Assembly: GCA_963753345.1 (NCBI GenBank)
Contig: CAVWBU010000026.1
Location: 96,001-160,000 of the forward strand
Length of the DNA: 64,000 bases
Origin: an uncultured Fibrobacterota bacterium
Lineage (GTDB): Bacteria > Fibrobacterota > Chitinivibrionia > Chitinivibrionales > FEN-1185
Direction: 5' to 3'
Part shown: piece by piece, positions 1-9,799 of the stretch
Numbering within the stretch: position 1 is the stretch's first letter
Layout: each line of letters begins with the position of its first letter
Program-made: the position numbers and the translations under genes
The notes under the pieces: model-generated
The model's database searches: none
Told to the model about the DNA's origin: nothing
What the model saw: only the letters and a program-made list of their open reading frames with translations

Positions 1-897
1 GATCGCGCGCGTGATGCCGCGCTTGAACCCCACGAGGTGCGTGCCGCCGTCAACGGTGTTGATGTTGTTTGCAAACGAGAAGATATTTTCAAGGTACGAA
101 TCGTTGTACTCCATCACGATTTCTATGTCCACACCGTCGCGCTCCTGCCGAAAATAGATCGGCTCCTCGTGCATCGCAATTTTGTTCTCGTCAAGGTACT
201 TGATGAATGAAATGAGACCGCCCGGGTAGCAGAACTCGTGTTTTTTGTCCTCGACGCGCTCGTCGACAATGGTGATGCGGATGCCCTTGTTGAGAAAGGC
301 GAGCTCCCGCAACCGTTTGGACAGGACATCGAAGCTGTAGTCGGTGGTCTCGAATATGGCGGGGTCGGCCTTGAAAGTGATCTTGGTGCCGGTGGTCCTG
401 TCGGTTTCTCCGATGACCCTCACGTCCTCTTCGGGCTCGCCGTGGTTGAATTTCATGTAGTGAATCTTGCCGTTGCGGTATACCTCGGCCTCCATCGTCA
501 CCGACAGTGCATTGACACAGGAGACCCCCACGCCGTGCAGGCCGCCGGAGATCTTGTAGGAGCTGTTGTCGAACTTGCCGCCGGCGTGCAGGGTGGTGAG
601 CACGAGCTGCAGCGCCGACATCTTCTCCTCCTCGTGGTAGTCCACGGGAATGCCGCGGCCGTCGTCGAGCACGGAAACGGAATTATCCTTGTGAACAACC
701 ACGTCGATGTTGGTGCAGTACCCGGCGAGCGCCTCGTCGATGGAGTTGTCGACGACCTCGTACACCAGATGGTGAAGCCCGGTGGGCCCGGTGCTTCCGA
801 TGTACATGGCGGGCCGTTTTCGCACTGCGTCAAGACCTTTGAGCGCCTTGATGCTTTTTGCGCTGTACTGGTTTCCGTCAACCGTGGTCTCGCTCAT
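1..897 (-). CDS. gyrB: DNA gyrase subunit B, N-terminal part (runs off the window start)
   Basis: Manual translation from ATG 897: MSETTVDGNQYSAKSIKALKGLDAVRKRPAMYIG...EVVDNSIDE...GGLHGVGVS (GHKL ATPase). Follows recF-dciA. Not in the ORF track because it is truncated. Confidence 0.95.
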   Translation of the reverse strand, partial: MSETTVDGNQYSAKSIKALKGLDAVRKRPAMYIGSTGPTGLHHLVYEVVDNSIDEALAGYCTNIDVVVHKDNSVSVLDDGRGIPVDYHEEEKMSALQLVLTTLHAGGKFDNSSYKISGGLHGVGVSCVNALSVTMEAEVYRNGKIHYMKFNHGEPEEDVRVIGETDRTTGTKITFKADPAIFETTDYSFDVLSKRLRELAFLNKGIRITIVDERVEDKKHEFCYPGGLISFIKYLDENKIAMHEEPIYFRQERDGVDIEIVMEYNDSYLENIFSFANNINTVDGGTHLVGFKRGITRAI

Positions 898-919
898 AAA
901 CAGATGCCTCCCGGCGCTC

Positions 920-1213
920 TCAGAAGAATACGATGTCGGTGATGGTGGTGCACGGCGTCTGCGTTCGTATCGAATCGAGAATATGGTGCTTGACGTAGCT
1001 GAGTTCCTGCCGCCACGGCGAGGAGGCGACCCGCACGAACAGGATGCCGTTCTCCACCCGGTCGCACTCGGTGACCGAGGCGAGCTTGGCGCCCACGATG
1101 CGCGGCCATTCGTTGACCACGCTCCATTCGCGCACGGGCGCGAGATAGCCGCGCTCCGCGAGGACCGAATCCACGATGGCTCCGACGGATTCAGGGGTGC
1201 GTGGGCGGCTCAT
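920..1213 (-). CDS. dciA: DUF721/DciA family replicative helicase-loading protein
   Basis: C-terminal 97 aa of ORF 920..1717 (MSRPRTPESVGAIVD...WPRIVG...LFVRVASSPWRQEL). Start overlaps the recF stop (ATGA). Typical recF-dciA-gyrB order. Confidence 0.85.
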   Translation of the reverse strand: MSRPRTPESVGAIVDSVLAERGYLAPVREWSVVNEWPRIVGAKLASVTECDRVENGILFVRVASSPWRQELSYVKHHILDSIRTQTPCTTITDIVFF

Positions 1214-2307
1214 AGTGCGCTCACCGCTCCTTCCCGCACCACGAAACGGGGCAGCGCGAAAACGCCGTTGTCGCGGTCCGACGGGGACGTCACCAGAAGC
1301 TGGCCCCGGTGTTCGAGAAGCGGAACAACACGGGAGGACCGGGCGGAATCGAGGTAGCTCACCGCGTCGTCGAAGAGGAATATCATCGAGTCTTTTCCGT
1401 AGCGTTCGCTCATGAGCACCGACGCCATGCGGAGCGACAAGGCCACCGTCGTGGACTGCCCGAGCGAGGCAAACGACCGGGCGTCGCAGTTGTTGACAAG
1501 AAGAATGATATCGTCGCGGTGCGGTCCCGCCGAGGAGAACCCGGCGAGAACGTCCCTGCTTCGCCCGCTTCTCAGGCTGTTGCAAAAGGCGTTCTCCCAG
1601 TCTTCCGGGGAACCGGCCTCGCAGCGCACCGAAGGCTTGTACTCCATCGAGGCGGTCTCCCCATTGCCGCTGATGTCGGCGTACAACGAAGCGAAGACGG
1701 GGGCCATGGCTGCGCACAGCGCGCTGCGTTTGTGGAACACGGACGCGCCATGGCGGGCCATCGCGTCTTCGTATACGTCAAGTTGAGCGTCGCCGATCTT
1801 CCTGGCAAGCAGACTGTTCCGCTGTGCAAGGCTCTTCTTGTACGAAATAAGCGAGGCAAGATACGGGGGATCGATCTGGCTGATGAAGATGTCGAGGAAA
1901 TTCCTGCGGTCCCGGGGTGCCCCCTGGACAAGCGCCAAATCTTCGGGGCCGAACGACACTGCCATGCCGTGTCCGAGCCATTGCGAGAACGACGCAATCG
2001 GCCTTCCGTCCGCCTTCATCGACACTTTCTGCTCGCGGTTGAACCCGATAGAGACCGGCACGTTTTTCCCGCTCTCGCTGTTCGAAAATACGCCTTCGGC
2101 ATAGCAGTAATCGGACGAAAATCCGATAAGTTCGTTTCTTGTCGCGCCCCGCTGAGAGCGTGCGGTGCACAGGAGAAAAATCGCTTCGAGAAGGTTTGTT
2201 TTTCCGCTGCCGTTGGACCCGGTCAAAAGCATCCCTCTCTCCGGAATGTCCAGCGATAAGTCTTTGTAGTTTCGAAAGTTATCAAGACTGATCCGCGACA
2301 GAAACAT
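1210..2307 (-). CDS. recF: DNA replication/repair protein RecF
   Basis: NFRNY, Walker A GSNGSGKTNLLEAI, GPHRDD, SLGQ and FLFDD motifs. Confidence 0.95.
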   Translation of the reverse strand: MFLSRISLDNFRNYKDLSLDIPERGMLLTGSNGSGKTNLLEAIFLLCTARSQRGATRNELIGFSSDYCYAEGVFSNSESGKNVPVSIGFNREQKVSMKADGRPIASFSQWLGHGMAVSFGPEDLALVQGAPRDRRNFLDIFISQIDPPYLASLISYKKSLAQRNSLLARKIGDAQLDVYEDAMARHGASVFHKRSALCAAMAPVFASLYADISGNGETASMEYKPSVRCEAGSPEDWENAFCNSLRSGRSRDVLAGFSSAGPHRDDIILLVNNCDARSFASLGQSTTVALSLRMASVLMSERYGKDSMIFLFDDAVSYLDSARSSRVVPLLEHRGQLLVTSPSDRDNGVFALPRFVVREGAVSAL

Positions 2308-2567
2308 ACCCGTTAAATATATATTATAGATAATTCATATATATATACTTTCTCCGAGTTTCTGAAGCAGTTATCAGTCGCTTTTTGTAAATCAACAAGC
2401 TGGAATCGGAAGCGGCGCGACATGGCTCGGTTTAAGGGTTCCGGGCGGCCCCGTGGATGCCGAGATTGCACAAAATCCGGCACGTGGGATTTTTTTTGCT
2501 TGACTCCGTGAAGGCCTATGATTTTTATTTAAAGGGTAGCAGGAATCGCTTTCCGGCTGTTGATGCA

Positions 2568-2603
2568 AATTCCCGCTCCCCTCGAGGGGACGGGGATTTT
2601 TTT
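2568..2603 (+). terminator. Intrinsic terminator-like hairpin upstream of greA
   Basis: tcccgctcccc-tcga-ggggacgggga followed by a T7 run, about 190 nt before the greA ATG. Confidence 0.6.
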
Positions 2604-2792
2604 ATTTTGTGCAGCACGAACAGAAATTGGCGGGAAGCCTGCGGCGTCTTCTCGAAGAGATACCACGGCCTATGGCCGTCCCCTGTCGGGGACTTTACCC
2701 CTCTGCGGGTCCCTCTTCAGGGATGCCCGAAGGGGCATACTTCCAAGGGTCGTGGTTCTTTACTGTCCTCCCGCTTCATTTCGGAGGTATCT

Positions 2793-3278
2793 ATGGATGA
2801 CGGACTCATTTACCTGAGCAAGGAAACTTTTGACAAGCTGCAGGAGCAGCTCACGACGCTCAAGACCACGCGCCGCAAGGAAATTTCGGTGCAGCTCCAC
2901 GACGCGCGGGCGAACGGCGACCTCGGCGAGAACGCCGAGTACGAGGTCGCCAAGGAGGAGCAGACGTTCAACGAGATCCGCATCCGCGAGCTCGAAGACA
3001 AGCTGGCGCGCTCACGCATCATCAGGGAAGAGGACCTGCCGCAGGGGAAGGCGGTGCTCGGCACCACGGTGCGGCTCCGCGACCTTGACACATCGGAGGA
3101 AATAGAGTACATGCTGGTATCGGAGGTGGAGGCGGATTTTGCGCAGGACAAGATATCGGTGTCGTCGCCCGTGGCTAAGGGACTTCTGGGGCACAAGGAG
3201 GGGGATGCCGTTGAGATCAAAGTGCCGAAGGGAATACTGAAGTACAAGATACTGAAGATTGAGCGGACAGCGAAGTAG
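2793..3278 (+). CDS. greA: Transcription elongation factor GreA
   Basis: ARANGDLGENAEY and ISVSSPVAKGLLG motifs. Start moved to ATG 2793, after the GGAGG RBS. Confidence 0.95.
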   Translation: MDDGLIYLSKETFDKLQEQLTTLKTTRRKEISVQLHDARANGDLGENAEYEVAKEEQTFNEIRIRELEDKLARSRIIREEDLPQGKAVLGTTVRLRDLDTSEEIEYMLVSEVEADFAQDKISVSSPVAKGLLGHKEGDAVEIKVPKGILKYKILKIERTAK

Positions 3279-3296
3279 AAAAAGAAATAATCAAGC

Positions 3297-3381
3297 AAGA
3301 TATGGAAAGGGCTCTGCCCTTTAGATCCCGCTTGGAAAATGCTTATTATAGCCCCCTCCAACCTCCCCCGAGGGGAGGCTT
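3297..3381 (+). repeat. Intergenic repeat family A, copy 1
   Basis: aagatatggaaagggctctgccctttagatcccgc..ggaaaatgcttattata..cctccaacctcccccgaggggaggc. Near-identical at 44648, related at 27755. Confidence 0.85.
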
Positions 3382-3409
3382 GACAACAGCGAAGTCGACA
3401 AGTTGATGT

Positions 3410-4544
3410 TCACATCAGTCTTCTTGATGCCTCATCCCCGATCATCATTCCTTTCTCCGTCAACGCCCAATGTGTTCCCTTATGCGTGATGAGTCTATCG
3501 TTCAATAATGCATCCAGAGCTTGTTGCCTGATTCCGGAATAAAACGATTCTCCGGTCGTATCAAAAACCAATTTCTCATCCAATCCATCCGTGGTTCGTA
3601 GTTGCAGGAAAATCATCTCGGATATCAATGTTGTTTTATCTATTGTTTCTTCGAAGTCAACCGCTCTTTTCCCGTCATTGATCAACGATACATATCGTTT
3701 GACGTCGCCAACATTCGCCCACCGCTTCGGATGAACATACGAATGAGCTGCGGGTCCCAATCCGATGTACGGCGAATGGTTCCAGTACGCTTCGTTGTGC
3801 CTGCATCGAAATCCCGCCTTTGCGAAATTCGAGACCTCATACCTTTCAAATCCGTGTTCCCGGGAGGTGCTGAAAAGTGTTTTAGCCATTTCGACAACTT
3901 CGTCCTCGTCCGGCAGCGGCAGATGCTTTGCCTTCCCGAACGGCGTGTCCTTGCAGATTGTCAATTCGTATGCGGAAAGGTGACGGATGATGTGGGCAGA
4001 AAGCAAAGCATCAAGAGAGTGTCTGAATGATTCGATGGTCTGATGAGGCAGGCCGTACATCAGGTCCGCGCCGATTGATTTGAAAGCCGGCAAGGGCCGG
4101 AGATTCGAGCGCCTTCCACGCCTGTTCTGCAGAGTGGGGTCTGCCGAGGTATCGCAGTTCATCATTGTTGAGGGACTGTATCCCGAATGTCAATCTCGTG
4201 ACGCCCATTGCTCGCCAGAAATCCGCCTTCTCTTCAGTGAATGAATCCGGGTTGCACTCGATTGTCCATTCAACGTCATCGGCAAGGTTCAAATGATTCA
4301 TCAATGATGATTGCAATGCCAGCCATTGTGAGATTGACAAGATCGACGGCGTGCCGCCGCCGAAAAAGATGGTCTTGATGACAGGGTCTTTGAGCCCGAG
4401 TTCATTCTTGACAAGAAACCATTCCTTTGCAAGCGAGGAAATAAAACTGTCGGCAGTTGATTCTTCATAGGGAATAGAATAGAAATCACAATATTCGCAC
4501 TTCTTGACACAGAATGGAACGTGAATGTAGAGTGAGAGGTCCAT
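3410..4544 (-). pseudogene. hemW: Radical SAM heme chaperone HemW (HemN-like), split by a +1 frameshift near 4083-4085; possibly a sequencing error
   Basis: N-half has YIHVPFCVKKCEYCDF and FFGGGTPS. C-half has DLMYGLP, YEVSNF, HNEAYW and GLGPAAHS. Removing one T from ggcTTTcaaa joins them (ALAGFKSIGADLMYG). Confidence 0.8.
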
Positions 4545-4694
4545 TATTTTTGGCAACGATTCCAGGAAATCAGCTTTGAGAAAATATAGATGAAGGAATA
4601 GAGGGGGTGCGGTCGTGTGAAAAACAGAGATAGCGCTATGGGTTTACATAGGCGGAAAAGTACTGATTATATGAGAATGAAGGGGGTGGTTTCT

Positions 4695-4825
4695 TGCGCC
4701 AGGGGCAACGGAGGGTGTGCTAGAGCACATTGCCGGCCGACCCGGCCGTTAGGCAAAGGGCGGTCCGGCAACGAGGCGAATAGCCGAGCCCGGAGGAGAA
4801 CCGGTGCCTAAAGCAGGCGCCCAAC
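4695..4825 (-). repeat. Intergenic repeat family C, short copy downstream of nrdJ
   Basis: Reverse complement ttgggcg...cctccgggctcggc..ttcgcctcgttgccggaccgccc...tcggccggca...caccctccg matches the copy at 53437. Confidence 0.7.
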
Positions 4826-4866
4826 TTCGAGATTAATTTACCAGAAAAGAGCAGAAAAATTACAAA

Positions 4867-7248
4867 TCATCCACACTTCGAATACCCGCACGTCTTGCAC
4901 ACCGCGCATCCTTCCTCGTGGACAAGGATGGTGCCGCATTGCGGGCATTGCGGACAGAAGCCCAGGTCGAGGCCCGTGTACTTGATCTTTGCGGTCTCAC
5001 CGCCGGCGCTGTCGCTCTTGCCTTCGAAATCCGCAATACCCTGCTCAAGCACATGGCCGATCGCGTCCGCGCACGAAAGGATCATCTCGCCTTCCATCCA
5101 GGTGGGGATGGGGCAGCGGATGCCGCGCAATTGCTCCGCAATGGATTTCGGGTCCACGCCGGCGCGAAGGGCCAGGGAGATGAGACGCGAGACCGCCTCG
5201 GAGTTGGACGCAGGGCAGCCGCCGGATTTCCCCATCTGGGTGAAGATCTCGCACAGGCCCACGCCGTCTGCGTTGACATTTACATACAGGTTGCCGCATC
5301 CGGTCTTGGTCTTGTAGGTGCGTCCGTGCGTTACCGCGGGCCGCGGGCGCGGGTGGATGGATCCCGGGGCCGCAACCGAGGCGTCGATCTGGACTGCGCC
5401 CTTCTTTGCCGATGTTCCGGAGGTTATCACCTGGTTCTTGCGCGTGCCGTCGCGGTACACGGTGACGCCCTTGCACCCGAGTTCGTATGCGTAAAGAAAA
5501 ACCTCCTCGACGTCCTTGGCGGTGGCATCGTGCTTGAAGTTGACGGTTTTCGACACGGCGTTGTCGGTGTACTTCTGGAACGCGGCCTGGATGCTGATGT
5601 GCCAGCGCGGCTCGATGTCGTGCGCGGTGACGAAAATGTCGCGGATGCGTTTGGGGATGCCGTAGATCTTGCCCAGAGAGCCGGAGAAAGCCACCATCTT
5701 CATGAGTTCGTCGGAGTAGAATCCTTCGTCCTGGGCGACGCGCTTGAACTCGGGATGAACTTCGAGCAAATGCTGGCCGTCGAGCACGTTCTTTTCGTAG
5801 ACAATGGCGAACAGCGGCTCGATGCCGCTCGATGCGCCGGCGATCATGCTGATGGTGCCGGTGGGTGCTATGGTGGTTACCGTCGCGTTGCGCACCTTGA
5901 GCCCGCCCTCACGGTCGTATATGGAGCCCTTGAAATTGGGAAACACACCGCGTTCCTGCGCCAGAAACGCGCTCACACGGCGCCCTTCCTCGTTGATGAA
6001 CTTCATTACCTGTTCGGCCATGTTGGCCGCGGCGGGAGAATTGTACGGAATGCCGAGCTCGATGAGCAGGTCGGCGAATCCCATTACACCGAGGCCGATC
6101 TTGCGGTTGCCTTTTGTCATTTTATCGATCTGCGGCAGCGGATACGAATTCACCTCGATGACGTTGTCGAGGAACCGCACCGCGGTGCGGATCGTGTTGC
6201 CGAGCTTGAGAAAGTTTATTTCTTTTTTTCCGTTGGTTTCGGTGATCATGTGCGCAAGGTTGATGGAGCCGAGGTTGCACGATTCGTACGGGAGCAGCGG
6301 CTGTTCGCCGCAGGGATTGGTGCTTTCTATTTCGCCCAGCTGCGGCGTGGGATTGTCGGCGTTGATCTTGTCGAGGAACACGATGCCCGGCTCGCCGTTT
6401 TTCCAGGAAAGTTCCACGATGCGCTTGAACACCTGCGATGCCTTGAGCTTTCCCACCGGCTCGCCGCTGCGCGGGTTCTTAAGGTCGTATTCGCCGTCGC
6501 GCTTGAGCGCCTCCATGAATTCCTTGGTGATGCCGACGGAGATGTTGAAATTCGCAAGCACGCCGTCCTGTTCCTTTATCTCGATGAAGTCCATGATCTC
6601 CGGATGGGTGCAGTTGAGGATCCCCATGTTGGCCCCGCGCCGCGTGCCGCCCTGCTTCACGGTCTCGGTTGCGATGTCGAACACGCGCATGAACGACAGC
6701 GGCCCGCTCGACACGCCCTTGGTGGATTTCACCATGTCGTTCTTGGGGCGGATGTGGGAAAACGAGAATCCGGTGCCGCCGCCGCTCTTGTGGATGAGCG
6801 CGGTGTTCTTGACGGATTCGAATATCTCGTCCATGGAATCGCCCACGGGCAGCACGAAGCACGCGGAAAGCTGCTGCAGCTCCCGGCCAGCGTTCATGAG
6901 CGTGGGGGAGTTGGGAAGAAAATCGAGGTCGGTCATGGTGTTGTAGAATTTTTCAGTCCAGATGTCGGTGCTTGCGTCGGCGCTGAACTTTTTCTCCGCC
7001 GAGGCGATGTTCTCCGCGATGCGGAAGAACATTTCCTCCGGCGTCTCGGTCACCGTGCCGTTATCGTCCTTGCGCAGATACCGCTTTTCGAGCACCACCC
7101 GCGAATTGTCGGACAGCTTCACTTTTTTCTTGAGCAGGCGGTCTTTAAGGGATTCACCTTTCTCTTCGGCCTCTGCGGCCGCGTTCGGACGAACCACGGC
7201 CGACTTCACTGTCTTGTTCGCGGTACCAAGGGACATTTCTGATGACAT
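4867..7248 (-). CDS. nrdJ: Adenosylcobalamin-dependent (class II) ribonucleotide reductase with C-terminal TSCPD/Zn-ribbon domain
   Basis: FLPNSPTLMNAG, SACFV, GGTRRGANM, TNPCGEQPL, TIAPTGTIS, GVTVYRDG and C-terminal CPQCG..EEGC..C..CGYSKC. Confidence 0.95.
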   Translation of the reverse strand: MSSEMSLGTANKTVKSAVVRPNAAAEAEEKGESLKDRLLKKKVKLSDNSRVVLEKRYLRKDDNGTVTETPEEMFFRIAENIASAEKKFSADASTDIWTEKFYNTMTDLDFLPNSPTLMNAGRELQQLSACFVLPVGDSMDEIFESVKNTALIHKSGGGTGFSFSHIRPKNDMVKSTKGVSSGPLSFMRVFDIATETVKQGGTRRGANMGILNCTHPEIMDFIEIKEQDGVLANFNISVGITKEFMEALKRDGEYDLKNPRSGEPVGKLKASQVFKRIVELSWKNGEPGIVFLDKINADNPTPQLGEIESTNPCGEQPLLPYESCNLGSINLAHMITETNGKKEINFLKLGNTIRTAVRFLDNVIEVNSYPLPQIDKMTKGNRKIGLGVMGFADLLIELGIPYNSPAAANMAEQVMKFINEEGRRVSAFLAQERGVFPNFKGSIYDREGGLKVRNATVTTIAPTGTISMIAGASSGIEPLFAIVYEKNVLDGQHLLEVHPEFKRVAQDEGFYSDELMKMVAFSGSLGKIYGIPKRIRDIFVTAHDIEPRWHISIQAAFQKYTDNAVSKTVNFKHDATAKDVEEVFLYAYELGCKGVTVYRDGTRKNQVITSGTSAKKGAVQIDASVAAPGSIHPRPRPAVTHGRTYKTKTGCGNLYVNVNADGVGLCEIFTQMGKSGGCPASNSEAVSRLISLALRAGVDPKSIAEQLRGIRCPIPTWMEGEMILSCADAIGHVLEQGIADFEGKSDSAGGETAKIKYTGLDLGFCPQCPQCGTILVHEEGCAVCKTCGYSKCG

Positions 7249-7380
7249 TTAGTCCTGCTCCTTCACATTGGGAATTTTTCTTCCGCCTGCATCTGTTCAA
7301 TGGAATACGATTAGTAAGAGGGCGTGTTTCTAAAAATATGAACGGAAAGGCTTCGGGTCAAGCCAAAAAAGATTAATACA

Positions 7381-7428
7381 CCACAATATATGGTATAGAC
7401 TTTGCTGTCACCCACAAAGATATTGTGG
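7381..7428. promoter_or_regulatory. Tandem NrdR boxes upstream of nrdJ
   Basis: ccacaatatatggtat (7381-7396) and cacaaagatattgtgg (7413-7428) resemble the acaCwAtATaTwGtgt NrdR consensus and lie 32 bp apart. Confidence 0.8.
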
Positions 7429-7545
7429 TATGGGCAGACGGGCCTCATGGCCGGGAAAAAAAGCAGGCCGACAATCAGCTGCCATAACCGCCCAATGTTG
7501 TATTTTATCACCCTGCCTGATTTTTACCAAAGAGGAGAAACGCCC

Positions 7546-8644
7546 ATGTCCGAAAAACTCGAGAAGAGCACCCTTGTGGATCTTTCCGGCCGCGTCGACA
7601 ACCTCCGGAGGTATCTTTGACGTCGACGAAAAACGGAAATCTCTGGCCGAATGCGAGCTTGACACATCAAAAGAAGGTTTCTGGACCGACAACGAAAAGG
7701 CCCAGGCAACCCTCAAGAAGATAAAGACCCTCAAAGACGTCATCACGCTGTGGGACAAGACCAAGAAGGACAGCGACGACATCCTCGAACTGTTTTCGCT
7801 TTCCAAAGACGACAACGATCCGTCGGTGACCGCGGAGCTGCTGGAGCACGCCAAGGCGCTTGAAAAGGAAGTCTCGCATTTAGAGTTCGTACGGAAGCTC
7901 TCCGGCGAAGACGACGACAAGCCCGCCATCCTCACGGTGCACAGCGGCGCCGGCGGCACCGAGAGCTGCGACTGGTGCGACATGCTGTTCCGCATGTACT
8001 GCAGGTGGATGGAGAAAAAGGGCTATTCGTACACGGTCCTCGACAGCCAGCCCGGGGAAGGCGCGGGCCTCAAGAGCGTCACCGCACAGGTGAACGGCGA
8101 CTATGCGTTCGGCCATCTCAAGGCCGAAAGCGGGGTGCACCGGCTCGTGCGCATATCGCCGTTCGACGCGAACGCCCGCAGGCACACGTCGTTCGCCTCG
8201 GTGTATTCGTATCCGATCATCGAAAATGCCGACGACTTCGAGCTTGACGAAAAGGACATCCGTATCGACACCTACCGGTCCAGCGGCGCCGGCGGCCAGC
8301 ACGTGAACAAGACCGACTCCGCCGTGCGCATGACGCACCTCCCCACCAACATCGTGGTCGCATGCCAGAACGAGCGCTCGCAACTTAAAAACAGGGACGT
8401 TGCAATGAAGGTCCTCAAGTCGCGCGTGAGGCAGTTCTACAAGGAACAGGACGAGAAAAAACGCACCGACAAGCTTGCGGTGAAGAAAAAGATCGAGTGG
8501 GGCAGCCAGATACGCTCGTACGTTCTGCACCCTTACAACCTGGTAAAGGACCACCGCACCGACGTGGAGACCTCGAACGCGCAGGGTGTGCTGGACGGGG
8601 ATATCGATATGTTTATCGAGGCCTATTTGTTAAATTTTCAATAA
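7546..8644 (+). CDS. prfB: Peptide chain release factor 2 with programmed +1 frameshift at CTT-TGA-C (7615-7621)
   Basis: MSEKLEK...LRRYL* continues in the +1 frame. Internal SD-like GGAGG just before CTTTGAC. SPF and GGQ motifs present. Confidence 0.96.
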
Positions 8645-8665
8645 TGATAATAATACCTTTCCAAG

Positions 8666-8850
8666 TGGGGGAGGTATACCCCGTCGGGTACTTCCAAGGG
8701 TCGTCCCCCTCGCTGCGTCCCGGCGCGCTTGTCAAGAACTTTTCCACAATCAACAAACCGCGCGCCGGTACTCCGCTTCCCCCTCCTGGGTGGCCCCCTT
8801 GGAAATGCAGTTACAAGCGCGGGACGTTGTTGCGGGGGCACCCATAAGCG
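8666..8850 (+). repeat. Intergenic repeat family B, copy 1 (carries the 14-nt module)
   Basis: ggggg...tccccctcgct...ctccgct.cccc.tcctgggtgg...gcgggggcaccc core shared with 43308, 46748 and 50245 (reverse complement). Confidence 0.8.
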
Positions 8851-8925
8851 GCGGTTGTTTGGAGAAATCAAACGCTAAAGTGACATTGTCAATATTTCAG
8901 ATAAAAACAATGCGGGAGAAAAATC

Positions 8926-9684
8926 ATGTCAATATCCCGGGACAAAATCGTCAATTATTTGAATACCTTCCTTCAGATCGACAAAATCAAAGACTCCTCC
9001 TGCAACGGTCTGCAAGTTGAGGGCGTCAAGAATGTCGGGCGCGTCGGCCTGGCGGTCGACGCGTGCATGGCGGCGTACAAAAAGGCCGCTGCGAAAAGGT
9101 GCCAGATGCTCGTCGTGCACCACGGCATCATCTGGAACGGCCTCACCAGCATCAGGAGCGCGGTGCGCGAGCAGGTTCGTTTCCTCTTGGACCACGGGAT
9201 CAACCTCTACGCTGCGCACCTGCCGCTCGACATGCATCCCGATGTCGGCAACAATGCCATGCTCGCGCGCGCACTCGGGCTCTCTTCCGTAAAGCCGTTC
9301 GGCGAATACAAGGGCAACCTTATCGGATGTCAAGGAGTACTGCCCTCGCCGATGACCGTCGGGGACGTTGGCCGGGCGTGCAGGAAGGTCGTCGGCGGAA
9401 CATTCACCATGCTGCCCTTCGGGAAAAGGAAATGCCGGGCCGTCGCCATCGTCTCGGGCGGCGGGAGCGATGCCATCCCCGAGGCAATTGACAAAGGGAT
9501 AGACTGCTTCGTCACCGGTGAGCCCGCACATTCGAACCATCACGCGGCTTTGGAATCTCGGCTCAACGTGCTGTACCTCGGACACTATCACTCCGAGACA
9601 CTCGGGGTGAAGGCTCTCGGCGCAACCCTGAAGGGAAAGTTCGGGGTGGAGACGGTGTTTATCGGGGAGCCGACGCTGGTGTGA
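8926..9684 (+). CDS. Nif3-like dinuclear metal-centre protein (GTP cyclohydrolase 1 type 2 homolog)
   Basis: NGLQVEG, VVHHG, YAAHLPLD.H, FVTGE and GHYHSE motifs. Confidence 0.9.
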   Translation: MSISRDKIVNYLNTFLQIDKIKDSSCNGLQVEGVKNVGRVGLAVDACMAAYKKAAAKRCQMLVVHHGIIWNGLTSIRSAVREQVRFLLDHGINLYAAHLPLDMHPDVGNNAMLARALGLSSVKPFGEYKGNLIGCQGVLPSPMTVGDVGRACRKVVGGTFTMLPFGKRKCRAVAIVSGGGSDAIPEAIDKGIDCFVTGEPAHSNHHAALESRLNVLYLGHYHSETLGVKALGATLKGKFGVETVFIGEPTLV

Positions 9685-9799
9685 AAAAGCTCATCTGCAA
9701 AGGAACCATCCGATTCTGCGGTTTGTTGTTTGGCAATGATTTCATTGCCGTATCAGGCGTGGTAGTGCTTTTTTTCCTCCTCTAATCCATTTCTGGATA

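Noticed and set aside
2310-2350. AT-rich tract next to recF as a possible oriC/DUE
   Set aside because: No DnaA-box cluster and no dnaA nearby. More likely promoter DNA.
4918-7242. 774-aa plus-strand ORF and other long antisense ORFs (e.g. 238..942, 44975..46369, 47747..49249, 51212..52906)
   Set aside because: Shadow or alternate-frame ORFs of well-supported genes, expected with GC-rich codon bias. No recognisable motifs.
7249-7545. Cobalamin riboswitch upstream of B12-dependent nrdJ
   Set aside because: No B12-box or conserved core recognised. NrdR boxes explain the region.
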